This document shows, one piece after another, positions 36,721 through 47,000 of a stretch of 64,000 nucleotides of DNA (its first letter is position 1; each line of letters begins with the position of its first letter). Location: positions 1 to 64,000 of the IMG/VR virus record IMGVR_UViG_3300012663_001306; one strand, given 5' to 3'. The position numbers and the translations under genes are program-made. This DNA is from a virus. Under the pieces are notes generated by a model that was not told where the DNA came from, did not search any database, and saw only the letters and a program-made list of their open reading frames with translations.

Positions 36721-37914
36721 TTAGATAAACCACGTTATAATTGAGTAACGAGTACCGCTGGTCACAGGCAATATTTCATGGGGAAACATAAAATTACTAG
36801 GGAACATTATTACTGAACCTTTTTTCAAGCTATACTTTAATTTTCTATCAAAGAAAGCAAATTCGCCACCTTCGTAACTGTCATTTATTGCAATTGAACA
36901 CGATACTGCTCTAGGCTGAAGTTTATAGCTATCAGTGTGTGTTGTATAAAAACACCCAGTCTTATATTCTAGTAGTTCGTATCCGCTGTCTTCCTCTATA
37001 CGTGCTTCTGGAAATTTTTGATTATACATTCCAATAGCTTTGTTAGTTACTTCCCAAAGTTTATCGTCTAAATTTTTTCGAACCGGTTGGTTTTTTTCAA
37101 TAACGGGCTGGCTAGATAACCCAATCTGATTAACATTTCTAATAGATTTGTTAATAACTCCGTGTCCAACACTTGCTTCGAACCAATCTTCGCAATTTTT
37201 ATATTCTTGTAAAATTTCATCACATAATTCATCAGAAATTAAATTTTCAAAGATACATATATAATCTTTCAAAGATTCGACATGATTACCGACATTAATT
37301 TTTTGAGGCAAATTATTAGAAGGAGATACAAGACCGTCTATAGACTTATCATGCTGTCCCGGCAAATTATTAGTTTGAGCTAATTTGTTATCAAAGTATG
37401 CCCAGGAATTGGGTCCTCTGCTTCTTACATAATGTAAAAATACTTGAACATACTCTTTACCCTTGAATTTTTCTCTCCAATGATCTGCTTCACATCCTAG
37501 ATACATCATTGCATCTCCAGAATCTAAATCTAAAGAAACACTTTCACCGTTGGGTTTTTCTATCCAAATTGGCCAATCTTCATCTTTAGAAAGATGCAGA
37601 GTTAGACTAATGTCACACGCTTCTCGATCACGATGTTTAAGGAGCTCCGATCCTTCTTTATATACTCGTGCGTAAGCGTATGTCGGTAGTACAGTCTCTC
37701 CTAAAAACTTACTAACTTCGGGAGTTTTTTCACACAATAATTCTAGAAAACTTATATAATTATAAGATTTTGATGAATTAGGTGCTTGACTATCGCCGGT
37801 TAAATTATTTTTAGTAGAAAATTTTATAAATTCTTTTGCTAACTCGCAAGCACGTTCGTTAGAAATAAAATTTTTAATATATACAAAATTGGCCGCTTGG
37901 ATATGTGGGTTCAT
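36721..37914 (-). CDS. Tandem two-domain 2OG-Fe(II) oxygenase (C-terminal domain prolyl-4-hydroxylase-like)
   Basis: HRD...H(WRE) and HTD...H(EILPV)..RYS facial triads; likely start 37914. Confidence 0.85.
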   Translation of the reverse strand: MNPHIQAANFVYIKNFISNERACELAKEFIKFSTKNNLTGDSQAPNSSKSYNYISFLELLCEKTPEVSKFLGETVLPTYAYARVYKEGSELLKHRDREACDISLTLHLSKDEDWPIWIEKPNGESVSLDLDSGDAMMYLGCEADHWREKFKGKEYVQVFLHYVRSRGPNSWAYFDNKLAQTNNLPGQHDKSIDGLVSPSNNLPQKINVGNHVESLKDYICIFENLISDELCDEILQEYKNCEDWFEASVGHGVINKSIRNVNQIGLSSQPVIEKNQPVRKNLDDKLWEVTNKAIGMYNQKFPEARIEEDSGYELLEYKTGCFYTTHTDSYKLQPRAVSCSIAINDSYEGGEFAFFDRKLKYSLKKGSVIMFPSNFMFPHEILPVTSGTRYSIITWFI

Positions 37915-38183
37915 ACAGTCTCTGGGGGAGGATTTTTTATGTATTGTTCTTCCCACTTGGCTATGCATTTTACTGCCCAATCGGGAAAATCAGCAACACT
38001 GTTTAAGGGAGGATTGGGTCTAGTATCTCTATACTCAATCCATCCACTACCGTTGCGGAATTGCAAAGCGTGAATATCATCAGGTATTCCACAATCGGAA
38101 AAATCAAGTTCATGGTACACCCAAGTGTCTAGGTATACTTGTTTGTCATCTACAATTATAGTGTATCTATTACTCTCTACCAT
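37911..38183 (-). CDS. Small tail-fibre-associated hypothetical protein
   Basis: IHALQF..G.GWIEY pattern; position after the fibre genes. Confidence 0.55.
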   Translation of the reverse strand: MVESNRYTIIVDDKQVYLDTWVYHELDFSDCGIPDDIHALQFRNGSGWIEYRDTRPNPPLNSVADFPDWAVKCIAKWEEQYIKNPPPETV

Positions 38184-38511
38184 TTTTTTCTCCTATATCT
38201 ATAAATTTAGTAGTATCAGCAGTAATAACTGATTTCATATTGACCCCCACTGATGCGGCAAGAACCTGTATATTAGTTTCGTTTGCTTTTACCATTTCGT
38301 TTCGAAAACTTTCAACGGCTGCGCCAGTTTGTCGTTGTTGTCCAGAATTTTCAATCAATAACATAGGTAACAATGCTATTGAGCAATTCCATTCGTCAAC
38401 ACGTTTTCCGGTGTTAATATCGTAGCCTTCCACTTTCATGAACCAGGCACATTTCAAACCCACACATTCTTTTTTAATCAGAGGGCACCAATTTTCTCGT
38501 TTAAGTTCCAT
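38170..38511 (-). CDS. Cys-rich phage protein (CPLIKKEC..C.W, TGAAVESFRNEMV)
   Basis: AGGAG SD behind TAAATA. Confidence 0.65.
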   Translation of the reverse strand: MELKRENWCPLIKKECVGLKCAWFMKVEGYDINTGKRVDEWNCSIALLPMLLIENSGQQRQTGAAVESFRNEMVKANETNIQVLAASVGVNMKSVITADTTKFIDIGEKNGRE

Positions 38512-38563
38512 ATTAAACTCCTATATTATATTTAAGAAGTTTACAGTCTCTTGAGAAAATTTT

Positions 38564-39889
38564 CTAATCTATACTTGCCAAAATACAATCGACATATTGA
38601 AGAGCAAATTGGGACATCGACCCACCGCTAAAGGTGCCACCGCCAATGGATAACGGATGCGAGTGAGATACACTACCGCCCGCAGGTGCTGTCTGGTAAC
38701 TGGACATGTTATTATAAAATTGTAAGGATCCAGGAACCGGGCCGCCAGCAACGTTAAACCATAGTGGATTATTTGGAGACCCCCAAGAAGAACCAAAATG
38801 TGAATGATTGCTGGAGGCCGCGGTGGCCGCTCCAGTACTTCCACTACCACCACCACCTACTAAACTTCCTGGCCAGGTTTGTCCAGAGGCATGCACCGCA
38901 GTAAAATTAACGTTACCAACAGCAGGTATAGTGTTATCAAAAGCCTCTGATACGTTTGTGGATGGAAATGAACGGCCAGGTCCCCATACTATTCGAACTG
39001 CGCCGTCGCCACCCGAAGCAGGCGTACCTTGATAACCGCCACGTCCACCTCCACCTCCACCAAAGTTGCCGCCGCGTTGAGATTCGACTGGTCCGGTGCC
39101 AAAGCCACCGTCAGCACCACCTGAACCACCTAGACCCCCTCGGCCTGATAAGACAGCGGCGCCGCCATTTGCACCTTGGCCAAATATACCCACACCACCA
39201 CCGGCGCCCCCTACTACGTTTGTCCCACTCCTTCCGCCGCCGCCACCACCACCTGATCCAGCACTTCCAAAAGTAAGGAACCCACCGGATCCCCCCACGC
39301 CGGCATAGCCACCAGCTCCACCCCCAGCTCCATTTTCATAAGTAGGCCCTGAAGAAGTATAACCGGCTCCACTACCGCCGCCACCGCTATTGGTAACTTG
39401 TCCAGCAATATTTGGGTTACCTTGGGGATTACTGCCGCCATTGGCCTGAACGAATGTTACGACTCCCAGAGTAACTGAAGATGGTAATCCGGCCTCGCCT
39501 ACGGTGCCGGCGACAAGCGTCCCAGCACCTCCTCGACCAACGGTAATTGTTAGTGTGTCACCGGGAGTGACTGCTATAGAATTTCTATATGCTAGCCATC
39601 CTCCCGACCCGCCTAGCCCTCCAGAATTAAACCCATTATTTGATCCTGCCTGGCCGCCACCTACTGCAACTATGGATATAGAAGTAACACCTACAGGTAC
39701 AGTCCATGTAGTTGAGCCAGGAGTAGTAAATGCAATCGATCCAGACGGTGTTCCTGAAAAAGGACTAGTACCGACTATTCTTAGAGTATAGTCATCTAAC
39801 GATGTAACTTTTGTCCAACCGGTTGGTGCGTTGGCTTGTTGAAAAACAGTAGTTGTTCTTGCGGGAAAGGTAAATGTTCCGCCTGCCAT
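38564..39889 (-). CDS. Short fibre / tail-collar-like protein with an inserted glycine-rich domain
   Basis: FQQANAPTGWTK...SHSH...YVDCILA frame interrupted by a WTVP.GVTSISIVAVGGG domain; start 39889. Confidence 0.7.
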   Translation of the reverse strand: MAGGTFTFPARTTTVFQQANAPTGWTKVTSLDDYTLRIVGTSPFSGTPSGSIAFTTPGSTTWTVPVGVTSISIVAVGGGQAGSNNGFNSGGLGGSGGWLAYRNSIAVTPGDTLTITVGRGGAGTLVAGTVGEAGLPSSVTLGVVTFVQANGGSNPQGNPNIAGQVTNSGGGGSGAGYTSSGPTYENGAGGGAGGYAGVGGSGGFLTFGSAGSGGGGGGGRSGTNVVGGAGGGVGIFGQGANGGAAVLSGRGGLGGSGGADGGFGTGPVESQRGGNFGGGGGGRGGYQGTPASGGDGAVRIVWGPGRSFPSTNVSEAFDNTIPAVGNVNFTAVHASGQTWPGSLVGGGGSGSTGAATAASSNHSHFGSSWGSPNNPLWFNVAGGPVPGSLQFYNNMSSYQTAPAGGSVSHSHPLSIGGGTFSGGSMSQFALQYVDCILASID

Positions 39890-39890
39890 A

Positions 39891-40400
39891 TTAATTCCTT
39901 TGAGCGAGGATACAGTCAGCGTATTTGATATCCATGGCAAAAGTGTTGCCAGTATAAGCACCACCGGCCGAAATAGCTGGATGAGTGTGGGAAGATCCAC
40001 CCCCTGCAGGCGGCGTACTTATAGGAAAATAGCTAATAGGACCTATCAAAGATGGATTATTTGCCGGAGTAAACTGCGGAAAGTTAATATTTCCTCCACC
40101 CCTAATACTACTTGTAGCACCCGCCGCCGCACCGGATGGATGACTATGCGATGAAATTTGACTTAAACTTAGCGTAACAGCTCCTATTGAGCCGGAGGCG
40201 GCTGCAGAGCCGGATACAACTACAGGACTAAAACACGTTGTAAATGCAACTGTTCCGCCAGATCCGCCACCGGTACTACTGGTTATTCTAATTCCGTAAT
40301 CGTTAAGCGTGGTTAGTTTTGTCCAACCTACAGGGGCAGTAGTTTGATAAAATAATGTAATACTACCTGATTCAATTGATATATTTGCACTTGCTGGCAT
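39891..40400 (-). CDS. Short fibre / tail-collar-like protein
   Basis: FYQTTAPVGWTK, SHSH, HTH, YADCILA. Confidence 0.7.
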   Translation of the reverse strand: MPASANISIESGSITLFYQTTAPVGWTKLTTLNDYGIRITSSTGGGSGGTVAFTTCFSPVVVSGSAAASGSIGAVTLSLSQISSHSHPSGAAAGATSSIRGGGNINFPQFTPANNPSLIGPISYFPISTPPAGGGSSHTHPAISAGGAYTGNTFAMDIKYADCILAQRN

Positions 40401-40401
40401 A

Positions 40402-40968
40402 TTAATTCTTTGTTGCTATAATAATATCTACATATTTAACGGCCATGTTAACTGTTCCGGTAACGGGTCCACCAGCTACAGTTCCCCCTGGATGACTGTG
40501 AGACCCATCTGATCCACCAGGGCCGCCCGCTATAGCCGGCTGGCCATACGTTGATACAGTAGTTTTAACAACACCAACATTCAATGGGCTAACTGACGGG
40601 CCCGGCGCCAATCCAAATGCACTTCCTCCAGGTGAGGAAGAAGTAGAATGAGAATGGGATGGTATATATGTTTGAGAAATTGTAAATGCACCTGCGCTTA
40701 CTGTTAATGGGCCAACACTGCCAGTAGCTTGCCTGGAACTGTAAATAGTAGTGAAAGGGGACAATCCGCCACCAGTAACCCCACCTGGGCCGCTCACTAT
40801 TCTTACTGCACAATTATCAGCAGTAGTAACTCTCGTCCATCCAACGGGCGCAGATGTTTGTCGGAACAGCATAGTCTGTCCTGTAAATTCTGGTTCTGCA
40901 TACCAACTTGAAATTAAATAAAAATCTGAGCTTGCTATGCTGGTAACTGGTCTAATTCGCCCTGGCAT
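40402..40968 (-). CDS. Short fibre / tail-collar-like protein
   Basis: FRQTSAPVGWTR, SHSH twice, YVDIIIA; start 40968. Confidence 0.7.
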   Translation of the reverse strand: MPGRIRPVTSIASSDFYLISSWYAEPEFTGQTMLFRQTSAPVGWTRVTTADNCAVRIVSGPGGVTGGGLSPFTTIYSSRQATGSVGPLTVSAGAFTISQTYIPSHSHSTSSSPGGSAFGLAPGPSVSPLNVGVVKTTVSTYGQPAIAGGPGGSDGSHSHPGGTVAGGPVTGTVNMAVKYVDIIIATKN

Positions 40969-40979
40969 ATTTCTATTTA

Positions 40980-43961
40980 TTATCCATATGATGCGTACTG
41001 ACCCAATACGACCCAGGTAGACGAATCTCGAACTAATGAATAACTTATCATATCCACTCGATTGGCGGTTCCCGTTGGGACTGCCCCTTGATTCCATTTA
41101 ACAGTTTGGCTGGCACCATTAACTTGTATTGCAGTTGATGATAGTGTGGGCATATAAGGTGTAGCACCCTGATTGATATACAATACTACAACATTAGCAA
41201 GCCCGTTGGTTGTTGGCACATTGGTAAAGTTTGGAGTAAAGTTGCCGGCAGGACTACTAATGTAAAATACCTGAGCCGCGCTAAAATCATAAGTTACTGT
41301 TCCTGTTGCTCCAGACGATGGGGTAAAACTATCTGAAGTAGTGCTGGTATATCCCATACAACCGGTGTAACCAATGCCCGTGCTACCTGTGTATGCTTGA
41401 CTACCCGTGTAACCAAATGATCCACTATAACCAAAGCTACCAGTATAACTTTGACTACCTGTATACCCTAAATCACCTGTTCTTGTGAAATCTATAGCAA
41501 GAGCTTGACCATTGGTAATTGCGGTACTACCCGAAATGTAGGTTATGCCAAGTATCCAGTAGGTCGCGCCACCGCCTGCTCCTGTTACAGATGTTATTGC
41601 AAATACTGTAGTACCTACATTAATAGAATCTACGTTCTTAACTGTTAGGTATCCTCTATTTGTGGGGTTAGTACTATTGGCCCAGGTAGAAATAAATGCA
41701 GACATAGAAGTAGCATACGAATCATTAACGTTGATGTAGGCCACAGTGGCTAAACTTAGATTAGTATTACCAAATCTTAAACTACCATTTGTTCCTGCGC
41801 CGGCTGTAATTGTGTTATCATAGTAATATCTTAATCCGCCGCGATCGCCAACACTTCCACTATAACCAAAACTACCAACAAATCCAACACTACCGCTGTA
41901 GCCTAAATCACCTGTTCTGAAAAAATTAAGAGAAAGCTGTTCACCTGCGGCGCCAAATACTCCTGATAGATATGTTACCCCTAGGGTATAATACGTGGTA
42001 TTGTTAACTACATTAGTAACAGTAAACAATATAGATGTGGTACTTTGTTGTCCGGTTCCTTTAACTAATAAGGCACCTTTATTTGTGGGATTTGTACTAG
42101 TTCCCCATGTGCTAATATAACCGCTGGTTACGATGCTGTTAACATCGTTAACATTTATAAAAAGTTGAGTAATGCTAGAAGCCGTTCCGCTGTTGCCTCT
42201 TAGACTTCCTGGATTAGTCACACCTGCAATAGTTGTTGTGCTATCGTAATAATATCTTATACCGCCACGATCGCCATTACTACCATTATAGCCAAAGCTA
42301 CCAGAATATCCAAAGCTACCTGTGTAACCAAATGATCCCACAAATCCTTTTTCACCTGTATGGATAAATTCTATTGCCAACGGTTCGTTACTTGGTAACG
42401 CTGTTACACCGGAACCAGCTACATACGCCACTACTACTGTATAATACGTTGTGTTGTTGGTTACACTGGTAACATTATATAACAAAGAACCTGCGGTAAC
42501 ATGCGATACCGGTTTTATGTATAACTGTCCTTTAATTGTAGCGGTTGGATTAGCACTACCCCACGTAGCAAAGTAAGAGGCAAAACTTACACCGTTACTA
42601 TCATTAACATTAATGAATATATTTGTAACAGCAGTCATATTAGATGTGTTATATCTTATACTACCGTTGCTAGAAACACCAGCAGCAAACTGAGTTATAT
42701 CGTTATAGAATCTTAATCCACCCCGGTCACCGGTGCTTCCTGTGTAACCAAAGCTACCAGTGAATCCTATTATACCTTGACTACCTGAAAATCCTCGTTC
42801 ACCAGTTCTATAGAACTCAACTGAAATTGCTTCGTTTGGAGGAGGTTGTGCTCCTGAAACATAAGTTACTGTCAAGGTGTAATAAGTGGTATTGTCCACT
42901 ATTGAATTTACTTGCCATATAGATTCTTGTGTAAGAAATGAGCTAACACATTTTACAAGCAGATAACCTTTTATAGGACTGGTGCTGTCATCCCAGGTTG
43001 CAATAAATGATTGTATATTTGTACCATTAGAGGTAATTTCATTAATCCAAATTGTATTAGCTACCGAAAAAGTAGGACTACTAAATCTCATACTACCGTT
43101 TGAACTAATACCAGCACTGGTGAATCCCGAATCGTAGTAATATCGTAACCCCCCTCTGTCACCTGCACTACCAGTATAACTTTGCGATCCTGTAAAACCA
43201 AAGCTACCCGTGTAACCAAAACTACCACTATATCCTCTCTCGCCAGTGAATACAAATTCTATGGCCAACGGCTCGTTTGCTGATGGAAAAGTTCCACTTA
43301 CATAGGTTACTGTTGCTGTATAGTAAGTAGTAACGTTTGTGACCGCGGTAATATTCCATAATGATGCAGCCGCAACTGATGGAGAAGTTGATTTAACATA
43401 TAACTGCCCCTTAATAATATTGTTGGGATTATTAGTTCCCCATTGGGCAATAAATGCAGAAAAACTAACACTATTAATATCAAGAACGTTTACAAATATT
43501 GACGTAACAGAGCCAATTGTGGCATTGTTAAATCTTAAACTACCTGGAGTAGTTACGCCTGCGGTTATTGTAGTATCGTAGTAGTAGCGCAAGCCACCTC
43601 GATCGCCTGTACTACCGGTGTAACCAACGCTACCAACAAATCCTGTTGCACCCCTACTACCAACCCAACCTACAGAACCTGTAAAACCTATACTACCAGT
43701 AAAACCAATTGCGGCAAATGCCCCCATACTACCGGTATAGCCCCCACTTCCAGTAAAAGCCTGGCTACCTACAAATCCTTGACTACCTACAAAAGATCGA
43801 GAGCCTGTATAACCTAACGCGGCAACTTGACCACTACTGCCTGTATAGCCAGTAATAAAATTGCCGTTGACAATCCAGGCACGACCATTCCACTGCCAGG
43901 TTCTAGTTCCTGATGTGTATAGTTGTCCTGTTAAAGGTGATAGTGGAAAATTAACTGGCAT
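40980..43961 (-). CDS. Fibre protein with GxxGS linkers and five copies of a ~120-aa domain
   Basis: NFP.SP..GQ.Y..G.RTWQW N-terminus; five GDRGG[LI]R[YF]Y.D units. Confidence 0.75.
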   Translation of the reverse strand: MPVNFPLSPLTGQLYTSGTRTWQWNGRAWIVNGNFITGYTGSSGQVAALGYTGSRSFVGSQGFVGSQAFTGSGGYTGSMGAFAAIGFTGSIGFTGSVGWVGSRGATGFVGSVGYTGSTGDRGGLRYYYDTTITAGVTTPGSLRFNNATIGSVTSIFVNVLDINSVSFSAFIAQWGTNNPNNIIKGQLYVKSTSPSVAAASLWNITAVTNVTTYYTATVTYVSGTFPSANEPLAIEFVFTGERGYSGSFGYTGSFGFTGSQSYTGSAGDRGGLRYYYDSGFTSAGISSNGSMRFSSPTFSVANTIWINEITSNGTNIQSFIATWDDSTSPIKGYLLVKCVSSFLTQESIWQVNSIVDNTTYYTLTVTYVSGAQPPPNEAISVEFYRTGERGFSGSQGIIGFTGSFGYTGSTGDRGGLRFYNDITQFAAGVSSNGSIRYNTSNMTAVTNIFINVNDSNGVSFASYFATWGSANPTATIKGQLYIKPVSHVTAGSLLYNVTSVTNNTTYYTVVVAYVAGSGVTALPSNEPLAIEFIHTGEKGFVGSFGYTGSFGYSGSFGYNGSNGDRGGIRYYYDSTTTIAGVTNPGSLRGNSGTASSITQLFINVNDVNSIVTSGYISTWGTSTNPTNKGALLVKGTGQQSTTSILFTVTNVVNNTTYYTLGVTYLSGVFGAAGEQLSLNFFRTGDLGYSGSVGFVGSFGYSGSVGDRGGLRYYYDNTITAGAGTNGSLRFGNTNLSLATVAYINVNDSYATSMSAFISTWANSTNPTNRGYLTVKNVDSINVGTTVFAITSVTGAGGGATYWILGITYISGSTAITNGQALAIDFTRTGDLGYTGSQSYTGSFGYSGSFGYTGSQAYTGSTGIGYTGCMGYTSTTSDSFTPSSGATGTVTYDFSAAQVFYISSPAGNFTPNFTNVPTTNGLANVVVLYINQGATPYMPTLSSTAIQVNGASQTVKWNQGAVPTGTANRVDMISYSLVRDSSTWVVLGQYASYG

Positions 43962-44020
43962 GTTGTCTTAATAAATTCATTGTTACTTATTTACTCATTA
44001 TAACGACGGGGTGTTTTTGA

Positions 44021-47000
44021 TCAATTGGATAACTTAAACTGGGCAATTTTACTGTTATATCCATCTACAACATAAAAATCATTTCCGCCAGGTCTTAAAT
44101 ATCCGCTACTTACCATACTTGTTACATTATCTCCTAGTCTGCGTAAATCGTAGCTAACGCCGGTGTAGGCGGCAGATGTATGATCCCACGCTATACTCAA
44201 TAGATATACATAAATTCTATCAGTAGTTCCGTCTGTTATATACATGTATAACCCTTCGTTAGAGAAAGTAATGCCTGTAGGATTAGTTGCCTGCGGTAGA
44301 TTTATATACGGTGCCCATACATTAACGCCACTAATAGAACTAATAGAATACGGAGTAGGCATTGTTGCTCTGCCTAGATATCCTAGATTATTTGCGGTAG
44401 ATGTTACATATATGTAAGTTCCGTTATTTCCAAAACACATTCCATCTAGGCTAGCCGTATTAGGAACGTAATCGGCACTAACATTAACTCCTGTACCCAT
44501 TGACGAAATATTCCAGGCTGTGGTAAGAGGAAATTGTTGAACTGTTTTTGATGCACCCTGATTTCCTAGGAAATATACCGCAGTCCCAGTTGGATTGAAC
44601 ATTAACCCAGTGTGCAGTGAAGTTGTCCAATCTATTCTAGATCCTGTGGGCGCAATAGCTGTGGCTATATTCCAAGCGGTAGTTACAGGAAAGGAATATA
44701 CTGAACTGAATACTCGCTGGGTTATCATTGAAATATAAACAATGGTCCCGTCTGGTTTCCAGGCAACCCCTGTAATTCTAGGATTTGCGCTAGGATTTAA
44801 GTAATATGGAGAAAAATAAGTAAAACTAGTATTACTTTGATCAGTGGTTAATGTTGATGGAAATGCCCGGCCGGCTCCCCATATAATTCTAACTGCTCCT
44901 TGTGGCTTAATGGAGCTGGCTGTGACAGGAAATCCTGCACCATAAAGTACACCAGCTCCGCCCGACCCAGCACCTCCGGACGCACCCACTCCGGGGTTAC
45001 CATATACACCCGGCAGTCCATTTGCACCTTGGCCGAATATACCAACGCCACCTCCGTTCCAGCCGACGTAACCAACACCGCCAGCACCTCCGCCACCACC
45101 ACCACCGCCACTTCCTGTGCCCGGCGTGCCACGATCAGTACCACCTAAGCCACCATTGCCATTATAGCCTCCAGCACCTCCGTTTCCGCCACCGCCAGCT
45201 GAGGGGGCTCCAGAAGATATTCCACCGCGGCCGCCGTTGCCGCCACCGTCACCTGTATAACTTCCGCCATTTCCAATTGTACCGCTAAGGAATAACCCAG
45301 ACCCGCCGCCACCTTTAACTATATCACGACTAATAAAATAGCTATCACCATCGCCAATACCTACAAAACCAATACTTCCTCTACCAACAACTACTGTATA
45401 CGATTGTCCCGGAATTACAGGAATATTGTTTTTCCATCCTAATCCGCCGCCGCCGGCACCTGTAGGCGCTGATGGACTAGAATCTTGGATACCACCTGCA
45501 CCAACTGCTACCACATGCACATTGCCAACACCAGCTGGTGCTGTCCACAAATACGTACCAGTGGTAGTAAATGCTACCTGCCCTTGTATACCACCACCGG
45601 ATATAGGAGTCCAAGTAGTGTACAATGACATACTTGAAATATCTCTTTTGCCCAAACTAACACTAGTATCAACTAATGTCATTACGGGACTGGATGTAAC
45701 TGTTCTATCTGTGGATATGGAATAACTTAATGCAGAGAAAAATGGTTGATCAACAGTTAGTGTCGCAGGATATGCTCGTCCTGGACCCCACATAATACGC
45801 ACAGCTCCGCCAAAACCTACGTTATTAGCGTCACCTCGGGTATATCCTCCACTGTTCCCTGACCCGGTACTACCGCCTCCACCACCACCATATGAGCCAC
45901 CCATACCCCCTACGTTGCCTCCGGTAAGATTAGCTGTGCCATTGCCACCTGCATTTCCACCACTGCCACCACCACCACCGCCTCCTGCACTTGCGTATGA
46001 AGATACTCCAACTCCTCCGTTTCCATTTGCACCTTGGCCAAATATACCAACGCCGCCGCCGGCGCCCCCGGATGGTTGTCCATTTCCATTACCATATACC
46101 TGGTTAGTCGTACCTCCGCCACCTCCACCTCCTCCTGCGCCAAGGCCTCCAGGACCAAAATCGGCTGCACCACCATTCCCACCTGCGCCTGCATATCCAC
46201 CAGCGCCACCACCGCCACCACCTGCACCAGTTTGGCCAGCGCCCCCCAAAAATGTAGTAGCTGATACATTAAAGGCACCACCTGCACCACCATAACCGCC
46301 ACCTTGGCTAACAAATACACCACTAATAAAATAACCACCGCCAGCACCTCCGAGGACGCCGCTAGTATTCACTCCTGCGCTACCACCGTTTGCTCTAATA
46401 ACATTAGTTTCCATAAAATAACTGTTGCCGCCAGCGGTTGCAGTGGGGCCAGCTGTGCCGCCCGCGCCCACTACAACTGTATATGACTGGCCGGGCACAA
46501 CAGCGATGTTGTTTGCCCAAGCTAATGCTCCACCACCACCGCCTCCACCGTCTCGAAATCCACCACCACCTGCGCCAACACATACTGCACTTACAGAGGT
46601 AACTCCAGCTGGGGCAACCCAAATATACGTACCGGGTGTGGTGTATGCTTGTTGACCAGTAACAGTGGTAGGAAGAGAAAACGATGTCCCTGTGTACATT
46701 GCTTTTCCGTTGACAATACGTAACTGAGTTATAACTCCAGTAAAATACCCAACAAAATCTGCGCCTATTCCTATTATTAAATTTTTTGTAGCTCCGTTGT
46801 AGTAATAAAGAATATCATTACCTATATTATATACAGAATTTCTTGTGCCCGAAATAATATCAGCGACACCATTAACATACAGTCGCAAATCTCCGCCATT
46901 TCTTACTACAGCAACATGAGTATATACGTTAAGTGAAATAGGAGTTGTGCCAATTACACTTATAGTAGATATACCACTCGCCGCGTTCGTGTAAAAGAAC

